From positions 6,906 through 70,905 of the forward strand of contig JBKQWE010000035.1 of the NCBI GenBank assembly GCA_052139675.1: a DNA stretch of 64,000 nucleotides, given 5' to 3'. The position numbers were made by a program, and so were the translations under genes. The DNA comes from Candidatus Brocadiia bacterium (GTDB lineage Bacteria; Planctomycetota; Brocadiia; CAIUPP01). Below, in pieces: positions 1 to 9,998 of the stretch (positions within the stretch are counted from its first letter, which is position 1; the number at the start of each line of letters is the position of its first letter). Below the pieces are notes generated by a model. That model had not been told where the DNA came from. It saw nothing but the letters and a program-made list of their open reading frames with translations, and did not search any database.

Positions 1-1149
1 ACCACGTAGTCGTCGCGCACGCACTGCGAGACGCGGAAGACCTCTTCGAGGAATTCCGGCCCTTCGTACCACCAGTGGCCGAACAGCTCCGCGTCGTACG
101 GCGCGATGACGATCGGCGGGACCGTGAGTTTCGATTTGAGGAACCGCAACTGGTGCTGGCGGCAGAACACGAAATGCCCGCCGTGCTCCATGGCTTTCCG
201 CACCGCGGCGGCGCGGTCGTACAACTGCTTCTCATGGAGCGCCACGCGGCCCGTGACGCGATAATACTTCAGCCCCAGATTCCGCCGGACGCCGTCGTCG
301 TGCAGGTACGGCTCGATATAGTCGTAGCTGGCGTCGTAACCCAGGTCGCGGTAGAACTCGCGGTAGGCGCCGTCGCCGGGATAGCCTTCCTCGGAACTCC
401 AGACCTGCTTGGAGGATTCGAGGTCGCGCCCGAACGCCGCCACGCCGGAGGGACATACGACCGGCGCGTGGACGCCGTGCGGCGAGGTCGGGAAGGCGTT
501 CAGAATCCCGTGCGCGTCCACGAGGAAATAGCGGATTCCCGCCTCGGCCAGCGCGCGGTCCATGCCGGGCCGATAGGCGCACTCCGGCAGCCAGAAGCCT
601 TTCGGCCGGCGGCCGAGATGGCGAGTGACGGCCTCGACGCCGATCTCCACCTGCGCGCGGACGGCGTTCGGAGTGAGCATCAGCGGCAGGAACCCGTGCG
701 TCGCGGCGGAAGCGAGCACCTCCAGGTTTCCGGCGTCCTGGATCTCCTTGAACGCGGGCACGAGGTTGCCGCCGTGCTTGCGGAAGAGAAAGTCGCGCAC
801 CTGCCGGAAACGTTCGAGATAGTGAAGCGCCACCGCGCGCTCGCCGGCCGAGCGTCCTCGGTGCCGCGCTTCCTCCTGCGCCAGCTTGATCCGCCGGTCC
901 AGGTATCGCAGGCATCGCTGCTTGAGGAGCGGGTTGGCGAACATCTCCAGCAGTGTGGGCGTCAGCGTCATCGTCACGCGGAACGGCACGCCCTCGTCGC
1001 TGAGCCGGTTCCAGGCCAGGAGGATCGGGACGTACGTCTCGGTGACCGCCTCGAAGAACCACTCCTCCTCGAGGAACGTCTCGTGCTCGGGATGGTGGAT
1101 GAACGGCAGGTGCGCGTGCAGCACAATCGCCAGATGGGCATCGGACATG
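1..1149 (-). CDS. Glycoside hydrolase family 57 (GH57) 1,4-alpha-glucan branching enzyme-like protein; 3' end truncated by the window edge.
   Basis: Reverse-strand translation starts MSDAHLAIVLHAHLPFIHHPEHE (ATG at 1147-1149) and runs off the window start with the frame ...PPIVIAPYDAELFGHWWYEGPEFLEEVF. HAHLPF is the GH57 N-terminal signature. It is not in the ORF track because it is open at the edge. Confidence 0.75.
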
Positions 1150-1157
1150 GGCCGGCC

Positions 1158-1795
1158 TCACTTGCCGCCGGCGTAGGAGGCGGCGAAGACTTTCTCCCAG
1201 GGCACAGGGATCGGCCTCGGCGGCGGACCGGCCGGCTGGTTCCGTTGCAGCGTATTTGCGGCCGCCGGCGCTTCAGCACCGAAGCGCGCGCGCCGCGCCG
1301 GCTTCGCCACGGCTTCCGCAGGACGCGTTCTGGGCAATGCGCGGGCAATCCTCACCGCCGCCCTGGCCTGTCTCGAAATCGGATGGCGCACCGCCTGGAT
1401 AATCTCCGCGGGAACATATTCGCCGCTCTCGCCGGCCCATCGGATCGGCGTGGTCACTTCCTCGGAAACGGCCAACCGGCGGAGCCGCGCGCCGCGCCTC
1501 TCGAAAAGCTCGAAGCGGCAGGTCCGGTTCGGCGCCACGAGCAAGTACCAGCTGTCCGCATCGGCGGGCGGCTCCAGGTCGTACGCGCGCTTCGCGGTCA
1601 AGTCATGGACGCGGATCACCTGCGGGCTGCCGGCCACGCGCACTTCGGTCTCGACGTCCCAGTAGAGGTAGATCTGCTCGGGCGACCGGACAAGGGCGGC
1701 GATGCGGTTTTCGGCGTAGGATCGCGGGAGCGGCTCGCCGCGGTCAATATATGGCGCAGATGGGGAGGCCTTCTTCGTTCGAGTTCCTTTGCCCA
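1158..1795 (-). CDS. DUF4912-like protein. This is the trimmed C-terminal 212 codons of ORF 1158..2600, starting MGKGTRTKK.
   Basis: Only the stretch from MGKGTRTKKASPSAPYIDRGE...IYLYWDVETE... looks protein-like. The upstream part of the ORF is R/G/A-rich frame noise that overlaps glgC. DUF4912 typically neighbours GH57 genes, and the stop here is 8 bp before the GH57 start. Confidence 0.5.
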
Positions 1796-1816
1796 TCGGC
1801 GATGTCCACCCCTTCG

Positions 1817-3049
1817 TCAGGCGCGCCAGAATTCCTCGCCCCGCGGCACGCCTTTTGGAATCACGACAATCCCGCTGTCGGTCACGGTGAATTTTTTCCG
1901 GTCGGCCGCCAGGTTCGACCCGACCCGGGCGTGCGCCGGAATGACGACGCCCTTGTCCACGATGGCTCGCCGCACGTGGGCGTACGGGCCGACGGTGACG
2001 TCGTCCATGAGGATGGATTCCTCGACGTGGGCCTGCGCGTCGACGCGGACTCCCGGCGAGAGCACCGACCGCGCGACGCTGCCGCCGGCGATGATGCAGC
2101 CCTGCGAGACGATGGAGTCCACGGCCGTTCCGCGCCGCCCGCCGGCCTCGTCGAACACGAATTTCGCCGGCGGCTGCTGCTTGAGGTTGGTGCGGATCGG
2201 CCACTCGGTGTCGTAGAGATTGAAGAGCGGGTCCACCGCGACGAGGTCCATGTTCGCCTGGTAATAGGCGTCGAGCGTGCCGATGTCGCGCCAGTACTTG
2301 ATCGCCTTGCGGTTCTCGTCGCGGAAGAGATAGGCGTAGGTCGGCCGCTCGCGCATGACGCGCGGGAGGATGTCGCGGCCGAAGTCGTGGGTGGAATCGC
2401 GCTTGGCGTCCTCGGTGACGAGTTGGACGAGCGTGTGGGTGGTGAAGGCGTAGATGCCCATGCTCGCCAGGCAGAGGTCCGGCCGGCCGGGCAGCGGCCT
2501 GGGGTTCGCCGGCTTCTCCTCGAAGCCGGTAATGCGCATCGTTTCGTCCACCGTCAGCACACCGAAACGCGGTCCTTCGGCGATGGGCACCTCGACGCAC
2601 GCCACGGTGATGTCCGCCTTCTTCTCCTGGTGCTGGCTAAGCATCCGCAGATAGTCCATCTTGTAGATGTGGTCGCCGGCGAGGACCAGGACGTGCCCCG
2701 GGCGCTCCTGTTCGAGCGTGTAGATGTTCTGGAAGATCGCGTCGGCGGTGCCGAGGTACCAGCGCTCGCCGATGCGCTGCTGCGGCGGCATCGGCACGAT
2801 GAACTCGCCGATCTCCTCGTCGAAGCGCGTCCACGCCAGCCGCAGGTGGCGGTCGAGCGAGAAGGACTTGTACTGCGTCAGGACGTACACGCGGCGCAGG
2901 CCGCTGTTGACGCAGTTGCTCAGGGTGAAGTCAATGATGCGATAGCAGCCGCCGAACGGGACCGCGGGCTTGGCGCGGTCGCGCGTGAGCGGATACAGGC
3001 GCTCGCCCTGCCCACCGCCGAGGACGATGACCAGCGTTTGTCTCGTCAC
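1817..3049 (-). CDS. glgC: Glucose-1-phosphate adenylyltransferase (ADP-glucose pyrophosphorylase).
   Basis: The 410-aa product begins LVIVLGGGQGERLYPLTRDRAKPAVPFGG and contains ...GTADAI and a left-handed beta-helix C-terminal domain typical of GlgC. The start is GTG behind a GAGGAG RBS and overlaps the stop of the upstream response regulator. Confidence 0.9.
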   Translation of the reverse strand: MTRQTLVIVLGGGQGERLYPLTRDRAKPAVPFGGCYRIIDFTLSNCVNSGLRRVYVLTQYKSFSLDRHLRLAWTRFDEEIGEFIVPMPPQQRIGERWYLGTADAIFQNIYTLEQERPGHVLVLAGDHIYKMDYLRMLSQHQEKKADITVACVEVPIAEGPRFGVLTVDETMRITGFEEKPANPRPLPGRPDLCLASMGIYAFTTHTLVQLVTEDAKRDSTHDFGRDILPRVMRERPTYAYLFRDENRKAIKYWRDIGTLDAYYQANMDLVAVDPLFNLYDTEWPIRTNLKQQPPAKFVFDEAGGRRGTAVDSIVSQGCIIAGGSVARSVLSPGVRVDAQAHVEESILMDDVTVGPYAHVRRAIVDKGVVIPAHARVGSNLAADRKKFTVTDSGIVVIPKGVPRGEEFWRA

Positions 3050-3059
3050 GGTGCGCTCC

Positions 3060-3443
3060 TCACGCTCCGGCCGGCGCGGCCGGGCGACTGCGCAGTTCCA
3101 GCACTTTCTTGATCGTGTCCTTGAGCTCCGTCAGGTCGGAGGACTTCACGACGTAAGCGTCGGCCGACCAGGAGCGGAAACTCTCGCGGTAGGTCGCGTA
3201 GGCCGTATTCAGGATGATCGGCAGCTTGTGGTCCTTGGCGAGCATGCGGCTCATCGCCTCGATGCCGTCAATCCCGGGCATGCTGACGTCCATCACCACC
3301 AGGTCCGGCCGGGCCTTCTCGACCACCTCGAGGGCCTCGCGGCCGTCATGCGCGGTGATGACGTCGTAACCGGCGCTGCGGATTTCATTCGCGTAGAGCA
3401 GGCACTGGTTCGGGTCGTCTTCCACGAGCAGGATGGTCGTCAA
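3060..3443 (-). CDS. Single-domain CheY-like response regulator (receiver only).
   Basis: ILLVEDDPNQ...DVITAHDGREALE...PDLVVMDVSMPGIDGIE...LPIILNTAY matches a REC domain with D-D-K residues. The start is TTG at 3441-3443 behind AGGAGA. The N-terminal part of ORF 3060..3902 is wrong-frame noise. Confidence 0.75.
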   Translation of the reverse strand: MTTILLVEDDPNQCLLYANEIRSAGYDVITAHDGREALEVVEKARPDLVVMDVSMPGIDGIEAMSRMLAKDHKLPIILNTAYATYRESFRSWSADAYVVKSSDLTELKDTIKKVLELRSRPAAPAGA

Positions 3444-3462
3444 CGGGAGATCTCCTTTCGCG

Positions 3463-4503
3463 TCAACTCGAAGCCGCGACCCTGCCGCCGGAGGCCGAGC
3501 GGCCGAGCTTGCTGGCCTCGCGCAGGAAGGCCGCGGCGCTCTCCGGGAGCACCGGGTTGATGTAGCATCCGGTCCCCCATTCGAAACCGGCGATCTTGGT
3601 GATGCACGGGATGATCTCGATGTGCCAGTGGAAGTAATCCGCGGATTTTTCCCCGAGCGGCGACGTGTGGATGAGATAGTTGTACGCGGGCGTCTCGAGG
3701 GCCTGGTCGAGCCGGTTGAGCACGGTGCGCAGCGCCGAGGCGATGTCGCCGAGCGCTTCGGCCGGATGGTCCTCGAAGTGCGGCACGTGCCGCGTCGGCA
3801 GGATCCACGTCTCGAACGGGAACCGCGAGGCGTACGGCGCGATCGCGATGCAGTGCCGGCCGACGTGGATGACGCGCTCGCCCTTGGCGACCTCGCGGTC
3901 AATCATGTTGCAGAAAAGGCACACGCCGGCCGCCTCGTTGAACTGCCGCGCGTGGCGCACCTCGGTGCGGACGGTTTCCGGCACCACCGGCATGCCGATC
4001 ATCTGCGAATGCGAATGCTCCACCGTGGCGCCCGCCGCCGAGCCGACGTTCTTGAAAATCATGCCGTACAGGAACCGGCTGTCCTGCCGCACGCTCGCGA
4101 GGCGCTGCTGGTAGATGCGCAGCACGTCCGCGACGCCCGCGTCGTCCATCTCGTTGAGCGACAGGATGTGCCGCGGGCTCTCGATGATGACTTCGTGGAC
4201 GCCGAAGCCGGTCATGCCGCGGCAGGCCGCATCGCCGACGACCTCGATCGGCGCGTCGGGCCGGAGCGCGGGGAACCGGTTCGTGACGACGCGCACCCGC
4301 CAGCCCGGGCGGTTCGCCTGCTGCGGATCGCTGCGCAGCACGGCGACCTCCGGCGGCGTCTTGTCCTCGTGCCCTTCGCAGAACGGGCAGAACCCGCCGA
4401 CGCTATAACGCCGTTCGACGGGGAAATCCGTCGGTCGCGCCGCCCGCTCGGGAGCGATGATGACCCATCGGCCGGAAACGCGGTCTCTTCGGAATTCTGA
4501 CAT
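3463..4503 (-). CDS. galT: Galactose-1-phosphate uridylyltransferase (GalT) family protein of the HIT superfamily.
   Basis: Contains the zinc knuckle CPFCEGHE and the HSHSQ (HxHxQ) active-site motif, and is 346 aa long. Confidence 0.8.
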   Translation of the reverse strand: MSEFRRDRVSGRWVIIAPERAARPTDFPVERRYSVGGFCPFCEGHEDKTPPEVAVLRSDPQQANRPGWRVRVVTNRFPALRPDAPIEVVGDAACRGMTGFGVHEVIIESPRHILSLNEMDDAGVADVLRIYQQRLASVRQDSRFLYGMIFKNVGSAAGATVEHSHSQMIGMPVVPETVRTEVRHARQFNEAAGVCLFCNMIDREVAKGERVIHVGRHCIAIAPYASRFPFETWILPTRHVPHFEDHPAEALGDIASALRTVLNRLDQALETPAYNYLIHTSPLGEKSADYFHWHIEIIPCITKIAGFEWGTGCYINPVLPESAAAFLREASKLGRSASGGRVAASS

Positions 4504-4578
4504 GGTGGCGCGAGCCTGTTCGAAAACCCCTTCTGCCGGTTGATCCTGCCGGCATGATCGCCTGCCCTATCTTACAGA

Positions 4579-5580
4579 TTATCGCCGCCGAGTCAACCCT
4601 CTCCGGCGCTCCGGCATCTGGCGCAGCGTCACCGTCGAGGGATGGAAAATGCGCGTGACGCCCTCGTCGAGCCGGACGATCAAGCCGTCCTCCAGCGAAA
4701 GGTCCAGCACGCGGCCCCGGAACTCTCGGCCGCTTTCGAGCAGCATCACCCGCTCGCCCAGCGTCGAGGAAATACGCCGCCAGCGCCGCGCGATGTGGCC
4801 GTACTCGCCCAGGCGCAGGTCGCCGTACCAGCGGTCCAGCGACTCCAGCAGCTCGCGGGCCAGGCCGTTGCGCTCCGGCGCCGTCCCCGTTTCGGCGGCC
4901 AGCGAGGTCGCCGTCTCGCGGATCTCCGGCGGGAATTCCCTCGCGCGGGCGCGCACGTTCACCCCGATGCCCAGCACGAACGCCGACCCGGTCGCCAGCG
5001 AGCGCCCTTCCACGAGAAGGCCCGCGACTTTCCGGTCGCGGATGGTGACGTCGTTCGGCCACCGGATGCGCGCGGGGACCCCCAGCCGTTCCTGCAGCGC
5101 CTCCGCGACCGCCACGGCCGAAACGACGGTCAGCAGGTGGCTCTGCCGGACTTCGAGTTCCGGCCGCAGCACAATGGAGAAGAGCAGGCCCGACCGGGGC
5201 GGAGAGAACCACGGGCGCCCCATTCGGCCGCGCCCGGCGGTCTGTTCCTCGGCGAAGACCGCCGTGCCTTCCGGCGCGCCCGAAAGCGCCTCCTGCCAGG
5301 CGGCGTCGTTCGTCGAGCCAACCCGTTCGAGCGCCGTCACCTGCCGTCCGATGATTTTCGTCTTGAGGTCGTGCGCGATCTCGTGCGCGATCAGCCGGTC
5401 GCCGCAGCCGGCGAACCGGATCTTGCCGCGCCTCCGGCCGATGACATAGCCGTCCGCGCGCAACTCCTCCACGGCGCGCTCCACCTCGGCCGGCGCCTCC
5501 AGTGTCTCCGCGGCGAGGTCCGCCGGCGCGGTCCATTCGCCGGCCCGTTTCCGCAGCGCCTCGCAGACAGCCCACTTCAC
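4579..5580 (-). CDS. birA: Bifunctional biotin--[acetyl-CoA-carboxylase] ligase and biotin operon repressor BirA.
   Basis: An N-terminal HTH is followed by a BPL domain with GRGRMGRPWFSP (the GRGRxGRxW biotin-binding loop). The start is GTG behind AAGGGGG. Confidence 0.85.
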   Translation of the reverse strand: MKWAVCEALRKRAGEWTAPADLAAETLEAPAEVERAVEELRADGYVIGRRRGKIRFAGCGDRLIAHEIAHDLKTKIIGRQVTALERVGSTNDAAWQEALSGAPEGTAVFAEEQTAGRGRMGRPWFSPPRSGLLFSIVLRPELEVRQSHLLTVVSAVAVAEALQERLGVPARIRWPNDVTIRDRKVAGLLVEGRSLATGSAFVLGIGVNVRARAREFPPEIRETATSLAAETGTAPERNGLARELLESLDRWYGDLRLGEYGHIARRWRRISSTLGERVMLLESGREFRGRVLDLSLEDGLIVRLDEGVTRIFHPSTVTLRQMPERRRGLTRRR

Positions 5581-5626
5581 GGCTCGCGCCCCCTTTCCGA
5601 CCGCGACGGCAACTTCCGCGCGGCGG

Positions 5627-6619
5627 TCACATTCCCGGCGCCCAAAGGTACAGGAACGTCGGTCCGCGGCGCAGCAGCAGCATGTTCAATCCTTCTTCGA
5701 GCAGCAGGCCGGTGCCGGCCTGGGCGTAGATGTTCGAGTTGTAACTGGCCGTGGAGCGGTAGAGGACCACGTCGGCGGACTCGATCTTCGCCAGGCTGCA
5801 CGCCGTCTGGATGGCGTCGCGCAGATAACCGACGCGGTCCACCAGTTTCAACTGGAGCGCCTCCTGCGCGCCCATGACGCGGCCGTCGGAAACGATCTTC
5901 AACTGCTGCTCGTCCATCGCCGGGCGCCGCTCGCGCACCTTGGCCAGGAACTGGTCGAAGAGCGCGCGGTTGAGCCCCTGGAGGATCTCGCGTTCCTCCG
6001 GCGTCATCGGGCGCGTGGGCGAGCCGATGTCCTTCTTCTCGCCGGATTTGATGACCACCGGCTCAAGGCCGAGCTTGCCGTACAGCTTCTCCATGTTGAT
6101 GAGGTCCATGATGACGCCGACCGAACCGGTGATGGTGGTCGGCGCGGCCACGATGCTATCGGCCGAGAGCGCGATGTAAAAGCCGCCGGAGGCCGCGGTG
6201 CCCATGAGCGCGGCGACGACCGGCTTGCCGCTGGTCTCCTTGAAGCGCAGCACCTCCTGGTAGATCGTGTCGCTGGCGGAAGCTTCGCCGCCGGGGCTGT
6301 TGATCCTCAGCACGATCGCGCGCACGTGGGAGTCCGCCGCCGCCAGTTGAAGTTTCTGCTGCACGTCGGCGACGCTCGTGCCGCCGAGCAGCGTCCAGAA
6401 GCCCGATTCCGAGGCGATGAAGCCGCTGACTTCGATCAACGCGATGCGGTTCGTCTCGATCCAGCGCCCGGACTTCTCCACGACGACGCGTTCGAGTCCC
6501 TCCTGCGGGAACGGGCCGACGTTGATGCATCCGGCGAGCGCCAGCGCCAGCAAAGCGCCCGCCCCGCCGGCGCACATAGATTTCCACCCGGACACCCTTC
6601 GCACCCTTCGCTGCTCCAT
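5627..6619 (-). CDS. sppA: Signal peptide peptidase SppA (36K type), with a lipoprotein-like signal peptide.
   Basis: The ClpP/crotonase fold shows ...INSPGG... and SGG.Y motifs. The N-terminus MEQRRVRRV...LLALALAGC reads as a signal peptide. The start was chosen at MEQ (GGGAGG RBS); alternative starts are 6634 and 6577. Confidence 0.8.
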   Translation of the reverse strand: MEQRRVRRVSGWKSMCAGGAGALLALALAGCINVGPFPQEGLERVVVEKSGRWIETNRIALIEVSGFIASESGFWTLLGGTSVADVQQKLQLAAADSHVRAIVLRINSPGGEASASDTIYQEVLRFKETSGKPVVAALMGTAASGGFYIALSADSIVAAPTTITGSVGVIMDLINMEKLYGKLGLEPVVIKSGEKKDIGSPTRPMTPEEREILQGLNRALFDQFLAKVRERRPAMDEQQLKIVSDGRVMGAQEALQLKLVDRVGYLRDAIQTACSLAKIESADVVLYRSTASYNSNIYAQAGTGLLLEEGLNMLLLRRGPTFLYLWAPGM

Positions 6620-6804
6620 GGTCCTCCCTTTCATTGGAGATCTGCGTTCGGACGGCGTTTCTCAGAACAGCCGAGCCATTTACCATAGACTGGCAAAAAA
6701 CCGCCGCCGGTGCAAGCGCCCTTCCATCGCCGGGCCCGGCTCGAAAGCCATTTTACATTTCCGCGCGGAGATTTTACATTGATTCCCGGCATGGAGGGTT
6801 TTGC

Positions 6805-8478
6805 TTGTCGAAAGCCAGGACGGGCTCGGGCGAATTCGCGGCCATCGCGGCGGTGCTGCTCCTCGCGGCGGGCCTGCGCGGGGCGATCCTGCTCGCGGGA
6901 CATCGCGGGCTGCGGAGCGACGAGGCGGTCGTCGGGCTGATGGCCAAGCACATCTTCACGCGCGGCGAGACGCCGGTGTTCCTCTACGGCCAGGCGTATG
7001 GCGGCGGTCACGCGATGGCCGCATACCTGGCCGCGCCGCTCTTCGCGGTGTTCGGACGCTCGGCGGCGCTGCTGGACGGCACGTCCATGGCGCTCTCGCT
7101 CGTGAGCGTCTGGCTCGTCTGGCTCATCGTCAGGCGCCACGTCGGCGATGCGGCGGCGGTCCTCGCGGCGGCGCTCTACGCGTTCTCTCCGCCGGTGGTC
7201 TACCAGTCCTATCTCGTCAACGGCGGCACGGAGGCGTTTCTCCTGGCGCTCGCGGCGCTCCATTTCTTCCTGCGGTCGTACGAGCGCGAAGAGCCGGACC
7301 CGCGCGGCCAGTTCCTGGCCGGGCTCTTCGCCGGGCTGGCGTACTGGGCGATGGACTACACGCTGCTCTACCCGGTGGTCTTCGCGCTGCTGTGGCTCGC
7401 GCGTGACCGGGAGCGATGGCGCGCGCTGGGGCGGCTGGCAGGCGGGTTCCTGGTCGGCTGCCTGCCGCTGGTGGCGTACAACGCGGCGCACGATTTCGAG
7501 CACTTCCGGCAGATGTACGCGCCGGCGGCGGGCGCCAGCGCCGGCTTCCTGGAGCATTTCTTCGGCGCGCTCTGGGGCGTTTTTTCCGGGGACCTCGCGG
7601 CGTTCTTCGGCGGCGACATAGACGATATCCATCCAGTCGGCCCGGCGGCGTGGGTCCACGCGGCGGTCGCGATGCTCGCCGTGGCGATCCTGATTTATCG
7701 CCACCGCGCGGCGATCGCGGGCTTCCTCAAGTCGCGGCAAGTGCCGGCGACGCTGCTGCCGGCCGTCTTCGTGATCGTGTATCTGGGAATGTATGGCGTC
7801 GCAAAATTCTCGCTGCCGGAACTCCGCACGCCGCGCTACCTGCTGCCGCTCTGCCCGTTCGTCAGTATGGCCATGGCGATCGTGATCGCGGGCTGGACGG
7901 GTGCGCGCAGGTGGGCCGGACTGGCGGCGATCGCTTTCCTCGTGGCGGCCGGCGCGGCGGCGTCGCTTCAGATCGGGATGCGGCCCTGGCACGAGGAACA
8001 CCGGATCAGGACCTCCGGCATCGAGATGGCGAAGCTGGCCGCGGCGGTCGAGAAGCGCGGCATCCGCGTCGCGTTCGCCCCGTACGAGATCCAGTGGCGG
8101 CTGATGTTCGCGACGGATGAGCGCGTGATGGTCTCTTCCCTCGGGATCAGTCCAGGGCCGGCGCTGGGCCGGACCTCGCGCTATCCGCCTTACGACGACG
8201 CGGTGCTGAAGATGGTCCGCGAGGGCAAAAAGTTCGCGTTCATTTTCCGGCAGGATTTCGGTTTTGCGAAGTGGGCGGCGCTGGGACGCTCCGGCGGCAT
8301 CACGCCCGATATCTGGCGGGACGCCTGCCGGCGGGCGGGAATTTCGCCGGCTGGAATCCCGGTCGGCGAGGAATTCGTGATCTTCTATCCCCTGGACTTG
8401 TCTTTCATGCAGGCGCTCTTGGAAGCGCAAGAAGCGGCCGCGCCGGCGCCCGCGGCGGGCCCTGCATCGGGCCGGTGA
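6805..8478 (+). CDS. Glycosyltransferase family 39 (ArnT/PMT-like) polytopic membrane protein.
   Basis: There are 12-13 predicted TM helices and a first cytoplasmic loop, ...RSDEAVVGLMAKHI..., resembling the DE motif of GT-C/ArnT-like enzymes. The start was trimmed to TTG at 6805 behind GGAGGG. Confidence 0.6.
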   Translation: MSKARTGSGEFAAIAAVLLLAAGLRGAILLAGHRGLRSDEAVVGLMAKHIFTRGETPVFLYGQAYGGGHAMAAYLAAPLFAVFGRSAALLDGTSMALSLVSVWLVWLIVRRHVGDAAAVLAAALYAFSPPVVYQSYLVNGGTEAFLLALAALHFFLRSYEREEPDPRGQFLAGLFAGLAYWAMDYTLLYPVVFALLWLARDRERWRALGRLAGGFLVGCLPLVAYNAAHDFEHFRQMYAPAAGASAGFLEHFFGALWGVFSGDLAAFFGGDIDDIHPVGPAAWVHAAVAMLAVAILIYRHRAAIAGFLKSRQVPATLLPAVFVIVYLGMYGVAKFSLPELRTPRYLLPLCPFVSMAMAIVIAGWTGARRWAGLAAIAFLVAAGAAASLQIGMRPWHEEHRIRTSGIEMAKLAAAVEKRGIRVAFAPYEIQWRLMFATDERVMVSSLGISPGPALGRTSRYPPYDDAVLKMVREGKKFAFIFRQDFGFAKWAALGRSGGITPDIWRDACRRAGISPAGIPVGEEFVIFYPLDLSFMQALLEAQEAAAPAPAAGPASGR

Positions 8479-8528
8479 AAGCCCGAGAGAGCCGCGCTGT
8501 TCGGGCGAGCGCGCCGCAGCGAGTCAGT

Positions 8529-9998
8529 CTACTTCCAGGTCGTCTCGGCCGGCGGGGTTTTCTCTCCATTCGGGCCCGCCGGGAAATCGTTGCGGTACTT
8601 CTGCCACATCTCCATCACGAAGGGATCCCAGGTCTGCCTTTGCCAGGCCCAGTCCAGATAGGTCAGTCCGGTGGCTGGATAGGGTGCGAACTTCGTCTGC
8701 GCCTGGATGGTCTTCATGAATTGCGTATCGTCTTCCGTCATCCAGCGATCCACATAGCTGAAAAATGCATCGTGGTCCCAGTACTTCTCCGCGTGCAGAA
8801 GCCTGGCCGCCAATGCCTCGCCCACCCAGGCCAGGCTCGTGCAACTGCGGCGATAAGCCTCGTTCATGCCGGGCTCCTCCGGATCGATCGGCCAGTCTTT
8901 GGGCTGAAGATCTTCATACTGGCCCCATCCGGGAGTCGTCTTATTCATATTGACCCCGTTCTTATCAACGCCCTGATGCCCGGCATAAACCACGTTCGCT
9001 CCGGTCCAGGAACGTTTGAACAAGGTCTGCATGTCCTCTCCGAACTGGCACTTGGGATAGGTCTTGCTCGGCGAGGCCATTTCGTCGTCGCCCAGCATGA
9101 TCCCGGCAAACACAATCGGCCATTTCCTTCCCGTCCCATGCCCGCCGAAACCCTGCCATCCGTGGAAACCGGCTCGCACGATTCCCCACAGATCAATTCC
9201 GTTCTGCACGAAACCGATCAGGAGTTTCTCTTTTCTCGCCGGCGGCAGATCGGTCATCAGCATCAAACTGGCCAGGCCGGCGGCCCTGCCCAACTCTCTT
9301 CCGTACTGCGGCTGGTATTCCGCCGGGGCGTCGAAAGAAAAGAAAACGAGATCGAGCCAGACGCGGGAATAATGATTTGCAAACTCATCTATCGTCAGAG
9401 CGCCCTGGTCCGTCTCGAAACTGTCTTTGCCATAAGGCAAGCGGGGCAAAAGGTCCCGTTTCAGGTTCCTGGCAAGGTAGATTTTCTGGGACCGGTCGCA
9501 ATAGGACGGGCGAAAGGCGTCGTCCGACACAGCCGCCGCGAGACAAGTGAACACGCAGGCGCTCTTCACCGGGCAACCGGATTTGTCGCTCCTTCGAAGC
9601 CAATCCGGAATGGTCCCGAATTCCTTATCGCTTGCGCTGATCGTGGATATCAACGCGTCGCCCGGCTTCATATGGATCGGCAATGGAGTGGACATCTTGG
9701 GGTCATAGCGTCCCCCCGGCTCGCGGCTGTCGTATCCGCTGTAGGCGTCATTCAGCGGCGGATTCAACTCGCTTCCGTTCCGTCCGTCTCCCGGCGGAGG
9801 ATTAATCGAGACCACGTCGCAGTCGCCCACGACATAATAGTCGCCGGTGACAAATCGCCCGACCTCGGCCGGTTCACTGAGTTTCCACGTGATCCCGTAT
9901 TGAGTGATGGTATCGGTCTTTTCGGCTCGAGCATTCCGAGCGAACAAGCCTAAGAGAACGGTCCCGGCGATCAGACAAGCTTCCCTGGGCAAGCGCAT
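8529..9998 (-). CDS. Secreted hypothetical protein of 489 aa; function unknown.
   Basis: The ATG at 9996-9998 sits behind GGGAGG and is followed by a signal peptide MRLPREACLIAGTVLLGLFARNARA. Local GC (about 57 %) is below the neighbouring genes (about 70 %). The upstream 134 codons of ORF 8529..10400 are noise. Confidence 0.55.
   Translation of the reverse strand: MRLPREACLIAGTVLLGLFARNARAEKTDTITQYGITWKLSEPAEVGRFVTGDYYVVGDCDVVSINPPPGDGRNGSELNPPLNDAYSGYDSREPGGRYDPKMSTPLPIHMKPGDALISTISASDKEFGTIPDWLRRSDKSGCPVKSACVFTCLAAAVSDDAFRPSYCDRSQKIYLARNLKRDLLPRLPYGKDSFETDQGALTIDEFANHYSRVWLDLVFFSFDAPAEYQPQYGRELGRAAGLASLMLMTDLPPARKEKLLIGFVQNGIDLWGIVRAGFHGWQGFGGHGTGRKWPIVFAGIMLGDDEMASPSKTYPKCQFGEDMQTLFKRSWTGANVVYAGHQGVDKNGVNMNKTTPGWGQYEDLQPKDWPIDPEEPGMNEAYRRSCTSLAWVGEALAARLLHAEKYWDHDAFFSYVDRWMTEDDTQFMKTIQAQTKFAPYPATGLTYLDWAWQRQTWDPFVMEMWQKYRNDFPAGPNGEKTPPAETTWK

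Noticed and set aside
75-2216. 713-aa plus-strand ORF spanning the GH57, DUF4912 and glgC region.
   Set aside because: It is antisense to three genes with clear family signatures. Its translation is R/A/G/V-rich low complexity, typical of open antisense frames in DNA with about 70 % GC.
1158-2600. N-terminal extensions in the ORF track for several genes (for example 1158..2600, 8529..10400, 42073..44754, 44163..45995, 54270..55820, 31312..32292 and 14779..15525).
   Set aside because: The upstream portions are wrong-frame or antisense noise, or fall in repeat elements. Internal ATG, GTG or TTG codons with GGAGG-type RBSs and family-typical N-termini were used instead.
6631-8430. 599-aa minus-strand ORF opposite the GT39-like gene, and similar long antisense ORFs at 13376..14710, 15643..17046, 19892..21163, 29439..31388, 36213..39029, 40473..41891 and 57671..61111.
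   Set aside because: All of these lie opposite confidently assigned genes. All have Arg/Ala/Gly/Pro-dominated translations without motifs, and they are interpreted as GC-driven spurious ORFs.
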